Assembly: GCA_048128005.1 (NCBI GenBank)
Contig: JBEUKZ010000062.1
Coordinates: 310,001-374,000 of the forward strand
Direction of reading: 5' to 3'
Source of the DNA: Veleropilina oligotropha
Taxonomy: Eukaryota
DNA length: 64,000 nt
Within the stretch, counting starts at the first letter, position 1, and each line of letters opens with the position of its first letter. The translations under genes were made by a program, and so were the position numbers. Of the stretch, positions 28,425-41,300 are shown piece after piece. Below the pieces are notes generated by a model. It saw only the letters and a program-made list of their open reading frames with translations. It had not been told where the DNA came from and made no database searches.

Positions 28425-30399
28425 TCTGGTGGCCAATAAAAAACTTCCCGAACTTTAAACGTTAATAACTTTGCAATGAACCACTATATTGTTATGAAAC
28501 TTCACACAAGTAAAATATATAATGTGTGTAATATATTCTGTTTCAAGTCTCTATATCACATACTTTTTCTGTAGTCGGATAAATATAAACAAACGTCAAA
28601 AACTGCAAGGGCAAGTCCAAAAAGCTGCATAGTTATCTTATATTTACTGAAATAGTGATCAATATGGCCTCCATCTGCTTCAAAAACTGCTCTGGGTATT
28701 TTTTTCCAACTTGATATCGTACTTCTAACCTCTCTAAGAGATATTTTGTCCCAGCATTTCTTTTAGTTCACATTCATTAAACACATCTGTACTTCCTTCG
28801 TACACTTTCTCTCACAGACTATTCCAAATTGAATAGTCCATTGGGTTAAAGTCTGGACTTTGGGGTGGCCACTCGTCTTTTTTTATGAACTCATCCACCG
28901 ACTGATCCAAGAAGGCTTGCGTAGAACTACTTGTGTGCGAAATTTCCCCATCCTGTTGGAAAACAAAACTTCCATCAAGATAGAGCCGACGGAAATCAGG
29001 CAAGAGTCTCAGAGTTAACTTTCACTTTTTGGTATCAATAAAGTGAATCTTCGTTTTCCCATTCCACGATACCCCTGCAGAAACCATTATTTTCTTGGTA
29101 AACCTTGATGTGTCATGGTTCAGTCTTGTGGTGGATATATCCCCTTTCTTCCTTCCCTACACCCTATCGTTTTGGCGGTTACGCGCCACCTCATACGTGA
29201 AGTCTTTCTCGTCCGTAAAGACAAGTCGTTTCGCATCCTGTTGGGAATGCCTGCTGTATAACTTTTTTGAACGGGTCTTCCTTTTTTGTTTGACTGTTTT
29301 ATCCCGCCGTGAAACTTTTAAGCATTTTGAACTGATGAGCGTGAAATTCCCAGATCTTTGGAAATTTTGTGCTAAGGAGGTTGACTGTTCGCACATTCCA
29401 CTTTTTATCAGGGAATTCCCTTATAATCCTCGCACCACACCAGCCCTTTTCCTTGAAACATGCCTCTATAACTGCTTTATCACTCTGATTACATACCATG
29501 TTATAATAATATAACCAAGATAGAAAACATCCGTATTCGGAACAAATTTTTAACAACACATACATGCCACACAGATAAAACACATGCTATGGACAATTGA
29601 TTGAAGGCTGCCATCCATAACACCGCACGTGTATCTTGTCAGTGTCACAAATGACAACTATTGTCTGCCATTGCTGTTTATGACTTTTGTTTTTACCTGC
29701 GTCTAGCAGGGTCAATGAATGGTACATGTAAGTTGTTGTTGTTGTTCTTGTTGTTGTTGTTGTTCTTCTTCTTGGGGGGAAGACAATTTTGAAATGATTT
29801 CAACCAGATCTTCCACCTTTTAGGCGGCTTCGACAACAAGCCAATTTGAAAAAAGTGCATGACCACTTGATGTATGAATTGAGAGATGCTGCCTAACAGA
29901 ATAGCAAATTACCATGGCAGCCTCTTTGATGAATAAATATTAAATCATACAGAAACGTGGTCTGTATTATATGTATCACACATGTTTCACAGTAGTAAAA
30001 GAGGTATAACAGTTAAACATTTTAAGATTTTGCATACTTTATTAAATTATAATTAATCAACTTTATTATAGTTAACTAAGTCTGTCAAAGGGGCGTCAAA
30101 GGGGCGTAACTCTTGCAAACCAATTTGTGAATTCTATGAAATCATACAGAAACATGGTCTGTATTATATGTATCACACATTTTTCACAGTAGAAATTTTG
30201 CTTATGACGCAGGTTATTGCACACATTCTGTGCTTGTTAATTATCCGACTGCAGAAAATATGTGACTTAGAGACTTGAAACTTTCAGAAAATATTAAAAA
30301 CATCACATATATGAGTTGTGTGAAGTTTCATAACACATAGTGGTTAGTTGCAAAGTTATTTACCTTTAAAGTTCGGGAAGTTTTTTATTGGCCACCCGA
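28425..30399 (-). mobile_element. Tc1/mariner DD37D (maT-like) transposon, decayed
   Basis: TIRs tc[t/g]ggtggccaataaaaaacttcccgaacttt flanked by TA. Transposase fragments LVFTDEKDF and FQQDG...WPPQSPDFNPMDY, with 37 residues between the last two Asp. Frameshifted. Confidence 0.9.
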
Positions 30400-32238
30400 T
30401 ATATGGAAGATATATGTGGTTAAATGACAACAAAATTGTTTTATTTTAACAAAATGATCTCGACCTTCACCGGAATCACGTGACCTTGACTTCAAATTAC
30501 ATCAAAAACCTCATAAATCGTTCCAGCACCGCAGAAAACATTATAATAACCACCAAAATTATTAAAATCTGCCCGATACTTACTGACATAGGTACACAGC
30601 ATATTGTTGCTTTTGGCGGGGGCCATCTTGGAAATATGGTAATTAGGACCACGTGGGACATTCTTTTTCGCTGGCAACATCTCAATTCTTTAAGTAGAGG
30701 TCCCAGGGGTGTTAAAAATAACTTTGGAATTTAGTTTTAGGGGGGGGGGGGTACACGGAAACCCTACTTACTGCGGGACTAATTTCTCATATATTTGGTA
30801 AAGCCAGCAATGGCGTACATACAACGTTTTCGGTTGATTCCTCATGTATGATGTATGCTGAGACAGAATCAACCTAGTGCCAGATTTACACCCCTAATGA
30901 TAACATTTTAAAGACGAACAACAAAATGGCCGCTACCTAGGTACTCGATATAGCTGTTGTCCAAATATCTTCACTTCTGATATATAGAGAAGCGCGCGAT
31001 CTTGGTGTCTAATATCATGTTTATAGAATCAAGAAATCAAATAATGATATAATGGAAGTATTAAATATAACGGTTGCCATTTTATTCTTGGTTTTAATCT
31101 GCCTAGGCAAGGTATACATATTTCTCTCACAAAGAAGGCGAACCGCTGGAGCTACGCAGTTTAGGTTTAGCATTCGTCTTATTACATAGTTGTATATCAT
31201 CTAACTTTGTATAAGTTCCGTATATACATTCTGCCACGTTAAATGTTACTTTACCTTTCATATTTGGCACACACTTTGTATATCACCAGGCCTAGCCTAA
31301 ATAAAACAAGAACGATGGGTTCGGATCATGGGTTGACCTTTATCTGCTTGGACCTTGTCTGCTGTATACTAGTGTGCGTTAAATATTATTATACATTCTA
31401 ACATATTCATACGATATGATTACTTCCAAATCATTTATTTCTGACAGGTGACAATTTAATTATATGACGTCACACTAATTATTTTTGCAAAATGGTTTCG
31501 TGAAAGTTATATACACGACCTACAAATAATTTTTGATGATTATGACACGCAGGCTTCGCATTTTTACAATAGCGTCCACAAAAGAGGCAATGATCTTTGA
31601 GAAGTAGTATACCAGATTGCATAGGTTAAATGGCATCTTGACGAATCTTATTTAAAAAGGAAGGCGAGTCCGTAGGACGAGTCTACTTTTTAAATAAGAA
31701 TCGCCAAGATTCCGTCTAACCAACTTAGAAGCTCAGTTCATTTTCCCTCACTAATTAATTCAGATTTGACAAACTGTTTTTTATCAAAACATGTTCATTA
31801 CTTAATACCTGTGTCTTTTTATCTATATATTAAAAGAATACATATAAAGATTAAACCTGTCATCCCTATTCCTAATAATTGATTAGCTATCGCAAACAGA
31901 AGAAGTTGTCAAAGAGCCGTCTTCGGGAATAAATGACGAGAAATACGGCGTTCTCATTGGTCGATAGGAGAGGTGACTCGTCAATGCACACGAGTCTGGC
32001 GCCTTGTCGAGTAATTTGTTCACGTGACGTGCGAATAAACCACTATAGCTATTCTCATAGTTTGTATTATTACTTGAAACAATGAAACAACTGGCTTTTG
32101 AAGTCATATGGTTATCGTGGTATGTATACTGATAGAATGTACAGAAACCTGCACCTGTTCAACTCTAAATCTTAAAATTGTGTTCACACTCGATATGCTA
32201 GGTCGTTTATTCATCATTTAAACCATTTTTGTGACGTC

Positions 32239-32758
32239 ATTCTATTGTCTTGACCAGTGGTGTAACTGCCCATATTTTCATTTAGACCACGGGGGACTAC
32301 TTTCATACATTTAAATCGGGTGTGTTAGGTTATTAAAATCATATTTTATTGTACACTTTTGCAATGGTTTAAGGCGGTTATACCACTCAGTTTGTGTTAT
32401 CTAATCGGAAAAGCCCGTGCAATTAAACAACTCGACGGTTAATTGCACGCTTTTTCCATTAGACAACCAAACCTCGTGGTATAAGTATAGGTTATACCAC
32501 GAGGTTTGGTTGTCTAATCGGAAACGCCTGCAGTTAATCAACGAGGCGCGAAGCGCCGAGTTGATTAGCTGCACGGGCTTTTCCGATTAGATAACACAAA
32601 CCGAGTGATATAACTGACTTAAACCATTGAAAAAGTGTAAAATAATTTAAAATTATGATTTTAATAACCTTGTACACCCACGTTTAGTGTAAGAAAGTAG
32701 TCCCCCGTGGTCTAACTGACAATATGGCCAGTTAGACCACGGGCCAAGACAATAGAAT
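32239..32758. mobile_element. Palindromic fold-back element, about 520 bp
   Basis: Ends attctattgtctt / aagacaatagaat. Nested inverted pairs throughout, e.g. agaccacgggggactactttc / gaaagtagtcccccgtggtct. Confidence 0.75.
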
Positions 32759-32797
32759 GGTTTCACCTATGCTTAAGGACGGGCTTTGTTCGAGCTG

Positions 32798-33399
32798 TTT
32801 TTGGCCCGCCTGTTAGGCAGGGCTATAGTCGTGGACTGGCGTCCGTCGGCGTCGGCGTCCGCTGATCGATTTCTGTCACATAGAAGACGAACCGCTGGAC
32901 CTACGCTTTTCATATTTGGCATACACCTTGGATACTATCAGGCCTTGCCCAAGTTGGGGTCTGTGTATTTCCAATCTGGACTTGAAGAATGCTTTCTGTC
33001 AAATAGAAGACAAACTGCTAGACCTACACCTATCACATTTGGTATACACCTTGTGTACCATGAGGCCTTGCCTAAGTTCAAAGTTGGCGTTATTGGGTCA
33101 ATGTTCAAGGTCATTTTCGTGTATTGCCATTCTGGACTTGCAAGATTCCTTTCTGTCACATAGAAGATGAACCGCTATACCTACAATTTCATATTGTGTA
33201 TGCACCTTGTGTACCATCAGGCCTTGTCCAAGTTCAAAGATGGGGTCACTGGGTCAAAGGTCAAGGTCATATGAGCTGTTGTAAAGTATATATATTCTGA
33301 CAATTACTATGAAATTTATTATAGAGTTATTGATTATTTAATCTCTATGGATGTATTATATACAAAAGGCGGGCCAGTATGATGAGCATGCCTCTAGTT
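32798..33399 (+). mobile_element. HINE/pearl-type non-autonomous element
   Basis: T-run start, subterminal inverted repeat ggcccgcct / aggcgggcc, (cgtcgg)n microsatellite, internal repeats with ggtcaaaggtcaaggtca, and a ctagtt end. Confidence 0.7.
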
Positions 33400-33403
33400 A
33401 TGA

Positions 33404-33661
33404 GGCCGCTTCGGCAGCGCAGTGGGTAAGAGTGTCCACTCTAAATTCACTGGCTTGATTCCACTAATGCGAACAGTAGTGGGTTCAATACCTGGCTGAG
33501 GCATTGACATTTGTTCAAGTTATGAATCACAGTTGGCCGCGACTGGCCGAAGAGAGCGGGTTTACCCGGGCGACCGTGGTTTCCTCCCGCGATAACACGG
33601 ACATGTCCTGCCTAGAACCTCGATGTTGTAAATATACAGGACATTAAGCATCATTCTTCCT
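33404..33661 (+). mobile_element. tRNA-derived SINE, family A, copy 3
   Basis: 13-bp TSD cctctagttatga (33391-33403 and 33662-33674). Confidence 0.9.
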
Positions 33662-33687
33662 CCTCTAGTTATGACGTCTTATTTCAG

Positions 33688-33846
33688 TGCCAGAGCCGGT
33701 ATCTAATATCATGGCATCAGCCTTGAATTCGACAGCGATGAACGTTTACTGGATTGGACAGTCAGTCCGCCCAGGCCAGACCAATTATACCGTTACTGCC
33801 ATTGATACTGCTGACGAATCGCTCAACTTTTCACTGACGGTTATTG
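33688..33846 (+). CDS. Host gene exon C: N-terminal half of an FN3 domain
   Basis: Boundaries ttatttcag| and |gtaagt. 159 nt, phase 1-1. VPEPVSNIMASALNSTAMNVYW...PGQTNYTVTA. Confidence 0.85.
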
Positions 33847-34238
33847 GTAAGTATGCATCATAAATAATTGCGATGTACGTTATAAAATTTAATATAAACG
33901 AGGACTCGGCGTCGCTGAGTGGTTTATGATGATGCAACGGCGCTTGTGATTTGATTTTGATTACAGATGTAACGTTGCAGATTAACATCTTTTAACCCCA
34001 CATCACTTTATAGATATACTCAGGTACATTCTGGAAAACTACAACATGGCTGAAAAATGTTAAATTGTATTCGCAAACTACCCGAGTTAAATAAATATCA
34101 TTGTCGCGACAAGTTCCTAATGACTGTGGCAGGGTGAGTGACAGCTGGTAGAGCACCGGAAAGGATCTGGATGTGGGTTCGATTTGTGTGGTTCATTTTT
34201 ACGCTAAAAACTAATAGAACATGGATTAACTGGTCTTG

Positions 34239-34650
34239 GAAAGAAGATGTTAATAAAGAATGTGACCATGTGACCAACGATACGACTGCAAAATTGTCAA
34301 AATGACTGATTTAGTCAGCACGCTAAATTGCCTACACTAAACTGATGCATACATTCCATAGATCACATTATTTTGTTTATTATTATATTGTTAGAAATTT
34401 GAATTGTTTTCCTTGACATTTGTATAATGTTTCAATTAAAACTGTGTGCCTTCGAAAGAAGATGTTAATATGGAATCTGACTAACGATACGACTGACAAA
34501 TTGTCAAAATAACTGTTTTAGTCAGCACGCTAAAATGCCTACACTAAACGGATGTATACATTCCATAGATCACATTTATTATTATTATGTCAGAAATTTG
34601 AATTGTTTTCCATGACATTTATTTAATGTTTCAATTAAAACTGTGTGCAT
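34239..34650. repeat. Tandem duplication, about 200-215 bp
   Basis: Two copies of gaaagaagatgttaata...caattaaaactgtgtgc. Confidence 0.85.
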
Positions 34651-34873
34651 TCCAAGAAGAAATCACAGCAGTGAATTATGCTTGGATTTGTGTCCGTTGA
34701 AATAGCAGGATCCCACTGAAATTCCGACAGAAAATGGATCCTTATTCACGGTTCTACAGACCACGGATGTTTAATACCATGGCTCGCAATGCACGCACCT
34801 GACTGCACTAATTAGCAAGAGTGTGATTACATACTTAGCTGGACACTGTGTATACTTACAGAGGCTATGTATA

Positions 34874-36656
34874 GGTTATTAAACTAGGTTGAGGGCTTTA
34901 ACTCCATGGAAAGACCTGGTGGAGTTAAGACAATGGGTATCGGGCGAGTCAATCCGAGGGCTTTTGCCCGAGGATTGACGCAACAGATACCCAGTGTCTT
35001 AACTCCACCAGGTCTTTACATGGAGTTAAAGTCTGAAACCGTGGTTAATAACCTTCTTACACACTGATATATATTGCCAATTACTGTATTATATTTAGTA
35101 TTGTTTACGTGCTAAATGGAATCACCCGAAACATGCCGTGACCATGCATACGTCGACAATTGGTGGTCAACTGCGCGTGCTAGGAGTTAATAAATTGACT
35201 AGAAATTAACCACTGTCAGTGCAATTGTAACTGGACAATATCGACTTCGTTGCTAGATTTCACGATGAAGACATGACACGATATATACCAGATGATGAAA
35301 ACATGTAATACAAAATATATTTATAATTATTGAATTCGATGAAGCGGTGGATACGTATTCGGGAGAAACATGATTGTATGCACTGAGTTGCTGTGGAATC
35401 TTGCCGACGAATACAAAAGCAAATACCTTTATGAACAAGTCGACTATGACCAAGAACAAGACGAAGTTCCTAGGCAGAGTCGTTTATATTTTCTGTCGGG
35501 TTGTAATTTGCATTGCGATCATGACATCAAACACTGAGCTCTGCCAAAAATGTGTACTGATACCGATATTAAACGCCGGATTATTCATTATAATAAGAAC
35601 GTTTCTAAAACTAACAATTGTGGTTTATATAATCGCAATGTAAAGGCGAAATGTACGAGAGTTTATAGGAAAACTCAACAGTCAATGGTAAGTAAAACTA
35701 TTGGTAAAATTATGACAGTTAATTTAGTGATTGCTTTTCAGTCAATTTTAACAAAATAAACGCATTTGCGCATTATCGATATATCGATATTTAGACCATA
35801 CATAACATATAACTCCTCTGTATGCTGCCAATACGGAAATAAAATAATGGATAAATTTATACCCTACCAGTATGTTATGTCGTTTGTTTTTTTATAATGG
35901 CTAATTGTATCGATTGTTGCAATTTTAACAATTTTTCATCAGAGCAGACATAACATAAATGTTCGATGTTTCTCTCCGATCATACGATTTACATATTTTT
36001 ATTGCATATCATACGGTCTGGTTTACATTATCCAACCACTTTCTTTGGAATATGTTACATATATAATATGATTCACGCACTGACCGTGTTTAACGCGACA
36101 CAACCTAGATGGACTAATAGTCCTGCTTGTTCAATTTGTATTGTTTTGTGTACATGTGCGTGTGTGGTGGGGGTGGGGTGCAACATCATGAGATTAATTA
36201 TTCACATATTTATTTTATAGAACATCGAAACGTCGAAAACAACTTTTAAGCGTACGAAACATGAACGACAAGCCGGATTATCTGATGTGGTAGCGTCCGA
36301 ACCATTCCGAATCAGCAACGTAAGGATCCTAATGTTATAGCCGAAAACGATGTCGCCGGACGCAATTAAATCATTCCATGCGCGAACGTCACGATACATG
36401 TAAAATTTCAATACCTCTGTTTGATATTTGATATTATTTTGTTGACATGGAAATTAAAGCACATTTGAATATCTGCCAGTTGCGTTATATATACTGTATA
36501 CACAAATATTAACAATGGTTATTTTTGCCGGATCAATAAGTGGGAAACCTGCTCAACTGCGCATATCCGGAGTCAATAAGTTGGCTTCACCCGAGGTTTC
36601 AACCCAAATAAGAGACTCGAGAAAGACTATAGACTGACGTCATCATCAGTGTGTAA
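34874..36656. mobile_element. Non-coding element with a terminal long hairpin plus a distant short inverted repeat
   Basis: Hairpin at 34874-35053 with arms of about 85 bp. ttacacactgat (35057) pairs with atcagtgtgtaa (36645-36656). Confidence 0.55.
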
Positions 36657-37118
36657 TGCCCGTAAATTCGCTCTTTTTGTAAAAAAAACTAACAACATTT
36701 CAATTATGTTTATGACATAAAAAGTTAGGAATTTCAGCACTCAACTTTCGTCAGTAATTTGCTACCGTTTAAATTAATCGCTACTGAATATTTAAAAAGA
36801 ATTAAAGCGGTCTGCTTTTAATAACCTCGCACCGAGTGCAATTTCAATTGACCTAGTTGGAGCACAGTTGCGTCTGTTTCTGCTCGTCAAGTAAGATAGC
36901 TTTCAACTTGACAATAATATGTACTGCCCGGCTACAATAATAATTTCAATAAAAGTCTATCGTTTGATCATATATTAGTCATGCTACACAGTCCCGAAAA
37001 TAACGTATTTATGGGCAATAATCTCCTTAGCAATTACAGTTGTTCATGGATGACCGGGCTTTCCTCCCGAAATAATATGTAGCCAAGAAAATAGGATATT
37101 AAGCATCGATTATTTCAG

Positions 37119-37878
37119 ACCACGCTCTGCACCATATATGGCTTGGATGACCACGCCCTGCACCATATATGGCTTGAATGACCACGCTCTGCACCATATA
37201 TGGCTTGGATGACCACGCTCTGCACCATATATGGCTTGGATGACCACGCTCTGCACCATATATGACTTGGATGACCACGCTCTGCACCATATATGACTTG
37301 GATGACCACGCTCTGCACCATATATGACTTGGATGACCACGCTCTGCACCATATATGACTTGGATGACCACGCTCTGCACCATATATGGCTTGGATGACC
37401 ACGCTCTGCACCATATATGGCTTGGATGACCACGCTCTGCACCATATATGGCTTGGATGACCACGCTCTGCACCATATATGGCTTGGATGACCACGCCCT
37501 GCACCATATATGGCTTGGATGACCACGCCCTGCACCATATATGGCTTGGATGACCACGCTCTGCACCATATATGGATTGGATGACAACGCTCTGCACCAT
37601 ATATGGATTGGATGACAACGCTCTGCACAATATATGGCTTGGATGACCACGCTCTGCACCATATATGGATTGGATGACAACGCTCTGCACAATATATGGC
37701 TTGGATGACCACGCTCTGCACCATATATGGCTTGGATGACCACGCTCTGCACCATATATGGCTTGGATGACCACGCTCTGCACAATATATGGCTTGGATG
37801 ACCACGCTCTGCACCATATTTGGCTTGGATGACCACGCTCTGCACAATATATGGTTTGGATAACCACGCTCTGCATCA
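37119..37878 (+). repeat. 31-bp minisatellite (ccacgctctgcaccatatatggcttggatga), about 24 copies
   Basis: Directly visible. The unit matches the 5' part of exon D. Confidence 0.97.
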
Positions 37879-38319
37879 TGGCTACTCATTCGATCATTAC
37901 TTTGTCTTACCGTAGCACTAATTTAAATCGTTACGCTCTGAAATATAGTTCTTGCGTAACTGATTATCTAATGTGTACTTTTGTAACAATCGTATTATGA
38001 TTATTAGTGCAACATATTATATTGATTCTACTAGCTGATACTTGTGCATTTATGTTCTTCAAAGTGTTTAGATTTAGCGATAATTCCGCATAACCTTGTT
38101 ATGTAATATAGGCATTGCCGTACATTTCGAGAACACGTCGAGGCGGCATGACATGTTGAACAGGCTGAGATGTTTACTTAAACCCCCTCTTTCCTAGAAG
38201 TCGCACGAGTTTTCACGTTGTGTCATGGTTTTTAACCTACTACGTATGCTGTTCGAATAAACCATGTTATATCAGTCGAAAAGCGTGTCTTACTTGCCAA
38301 TGGGACTGAGGGAGTTACA
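37878..38319 (+). repeat. 5' LTR, missing its first about 195 bp
   Basis: Highly similar to 45788-46229. Ends ggagttaca. Confidence 0.9.
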
Positions 38320-41300
38320 GTGAAAGCTCTATGACTTCACTACCCAAGTGAAGACCTGACGATTACCAACCGATGCTGTATCGATGTGGTAACGCCGTGA
38401 TGAATAGAATGCCGACGCCGAACTATGAAAACACACTAAAACCGTGATAGAACTGAATCGAATATGGTGCCGAAATACAAAAAAGAGACGTGATAGAACT
38501 GAACATTGAATGTGGTAAGACCATAATTATAATACCTGGATTACGTCTACCTGTGGACATTTGTGATTTCAATACTTACCTGTGCAGCAGAACGCTATAT
38601 CCATAAGGGAATTTCCTAGACTCTCCTGACACTAGTGATTTGATTTCCTGTATTAATTATGAACAATTGAGATTTCAATACATACCTGTGAAGCAGAACG
38701 TTATTTCCATAAGGGATTTACAGAGACTCGCTTGACACTTGTGATATCGATTTCCAATTTACCTTTTAGTATTACTTAAATTAATTTGCTTAGAATTAGA
38801 AAGGATACACATAATTAAGCCTCAATTCTCAGAACAATGCACTGAACTGATTGATATTTTAATATAAACAGAAAGTGTGCTGATATATATGAATGCATTC
38901 AAAATAGTATCACGTAATGCTCCATAATTATAATCACTCACTCACTCACTTTCTCTTATATTGTCTATCTTACATTCTGTAATTTGCTTAAGTCACCCAT
39001 TATGGATTCAGTTGTTAAAAATGATGATGTAGATTCTGTAAACATTTGCACTGATCAGTCAAGACCCCCAGTTGAAGACATATCTACGCCCGGTCACCAG
39101 GCAAAGGAAGAGACCACCAGACAACTAGAGGAACAATCATCACTTCGAAGGACAGGGAGGTCACTAAGGCTGACTGAGAAGGCGAAAATCCTGAAGCAAG
39201 AAGATCTGTCCTAAAGCTTTTGGAGGACACATAAAAAGGCGTTATTAACATTGAATCTGCTGAACAAGAACTTAAAGCATACTCAATAACACCACTCTCA
39301 TACTTAATTCCTGGTTTAGAAGCTTTACACAGTGAGTTGCTAGGAACTTACGATCAGTTTCGAAATGTTATAAATACGCCCCCCTCTGATGTCCGTCAGG
39401 AGGTAGATCGAACAGATTCTCTATTACGGGATGTAGTCGCTCGAATTCGCCGAACTGAAGCTGCACGAGCCGAAGGAAGCAGGATTTCTAACGAATCCCA
39501 TAAGACTAGTTCTTCACATCGTCGTTCCCGGGTGAATTCTCCACGGTCGCACGCAAGCTCGTCCTTTCGTTTAAGCATCCGGTCAGGCAGTAAAATGTCA
39601 TCATCATCTTCAACGAGAATGGAAGTTTCTGCTATGGCGGCTGCAATGCAAGGGTAATTAAAGGGACAGGATGAATAATTGCAAAGACAAGACCAACTTG
39701 ATGAACTGGAATTGGAAGCGACGATACGCAGTGCCCAAGTGAAGGCAGAAGTAGAAAGAAATCGAAGTGAGATGAAGCAACAACAAATTGCCAGCAACTT
39801 CTCATAGAATAAGCTAAGTTACGGGTCTATGAAAGTGAAGAACGGGAACGTGAATATTGCAGGCGAGATGCTACAAACACCATTACTACACCAATTAATG
39901 TGAAGATTGAGAACGACAATCAAACTCATCACAAGCCTAATACCTTGAATCCTGAAGCATCCGCATAGTTACCCAAGACTTCTCGTCCAGCTAACGGCGT
40001 CACTGCTCTCGGTGAAACCCGAGCTGCAATATTCAATCTAAGCCGCCTTCCTGTACCTGAGCCATCTGTATTTTCCGGAGTTCCTTTAAGCTACCCTGAC
40101 TGGGAGATATCCTTTGCTATCCTGATATATAAAGTAAAGGTATTCCTGCCAAGGAGAGGATACATTCCTTGAAACGTTATGTTGGTGGACCTGCCAGGGA
40201 GGCCATCAGTGGACATTTTCTTTTGAAGACGGATAACGCCTTTGAAAATAGACACTGGACAAAATATACGATAATTCGTTCGTCATCAGTGAAGCCTTCC
40301 AAGACAAGAGATAGCGCTCGACTAAGACGATTTTAGGATTTTCTGCTGCAGTGCCAAACTGCTATGCAAGACATCAAAGGTCTTGAAATTCTAAACGACA
40401 ACACAGAAAACAAGAAACTTCTTCACAAGCTTCCGAACTGGATAGTCACTAGGTGGGCTAGGAAGGTAGCCGCTGTTAAGAACTACACTGGTAGATACCC
40501 CGCATTAAGCTACTTCGTCGATTTTAGCATTGAAGAATTCGATATTGCATGAGACCCAATTACCTCACTTGGTGCCTTTAGAGGTGGCACTGACAAGTAT
40601 CCAGATAAATCAAATTTCAAGAAGCGTTCGCGAGGAGCCAATACATTTGCCATTGATTCCCAAGTGGATAAAGGGAACATCGTATCTTTGAATCTACCTT
40701 GCAGATTGTTCAAGAAATCGAACCACACTCTTTCTGACTGCAGAATCTTTGGTGGAAAATCCATAACTGTGAAGCATGAGTTTATTAAGAATGGACTCTG
40801 CTATGGATGCATAGAACAAGGACACGTGTCAAATAAATGTCAAAAGAGAAGCTCAAGCAGCAAGTGCAGCAGCAAGCACCCGACATGTTTGCATATGGAA
40901 TGCAAACCAAAGGATGTCCAAAACAAGGTTTATCAACCCCTTTGAAGAAGGATGTAGCTGACAAATCACAAGAAACGAACCCTACAGGAATAGCGTGTCG
41001 CGGAATTTCCAGTAAAGAAAGCCTTGCCATATCATCAATGATCATTCCTGTTTGGTTGTCCACCCAGGGAGAACCAAATAACGAAACCCTGGTGTATGCT
41101 TAACTGGATACCCAGTCTGATACTACCTGTATCCTGGATCACACTTCATGTAAATTAAATGCAAGTTCGGAAATAGTCCAGCGGAAACTGATGACCATAA
41201 CATCGAGGGACAAGATAATAAACTGCAGAAGATTCAAAGATCTGATGGTACGTGGATATGATTCAACTAAACGGATTTGCTTGCCGACAACATACAGCCG

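Larger units (their letters stand above)
22710..30781. mobile_element. Academ-like DNA transposon (decayed) with long inverted arms
   Basis: TAG...CTA termini, a 3-bp target duplication ATT on both sides, and long imperfect TIRs (gtttccgtgtacccccc / ggggtacacggaaac). Degraded transposase-like motifs QEDTDTCIITY...VAVHTLD (minus strand, about 25870-25960) and SGKDSTIAFKDKG (plus strand, about 27030). Confidence 0.7.
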
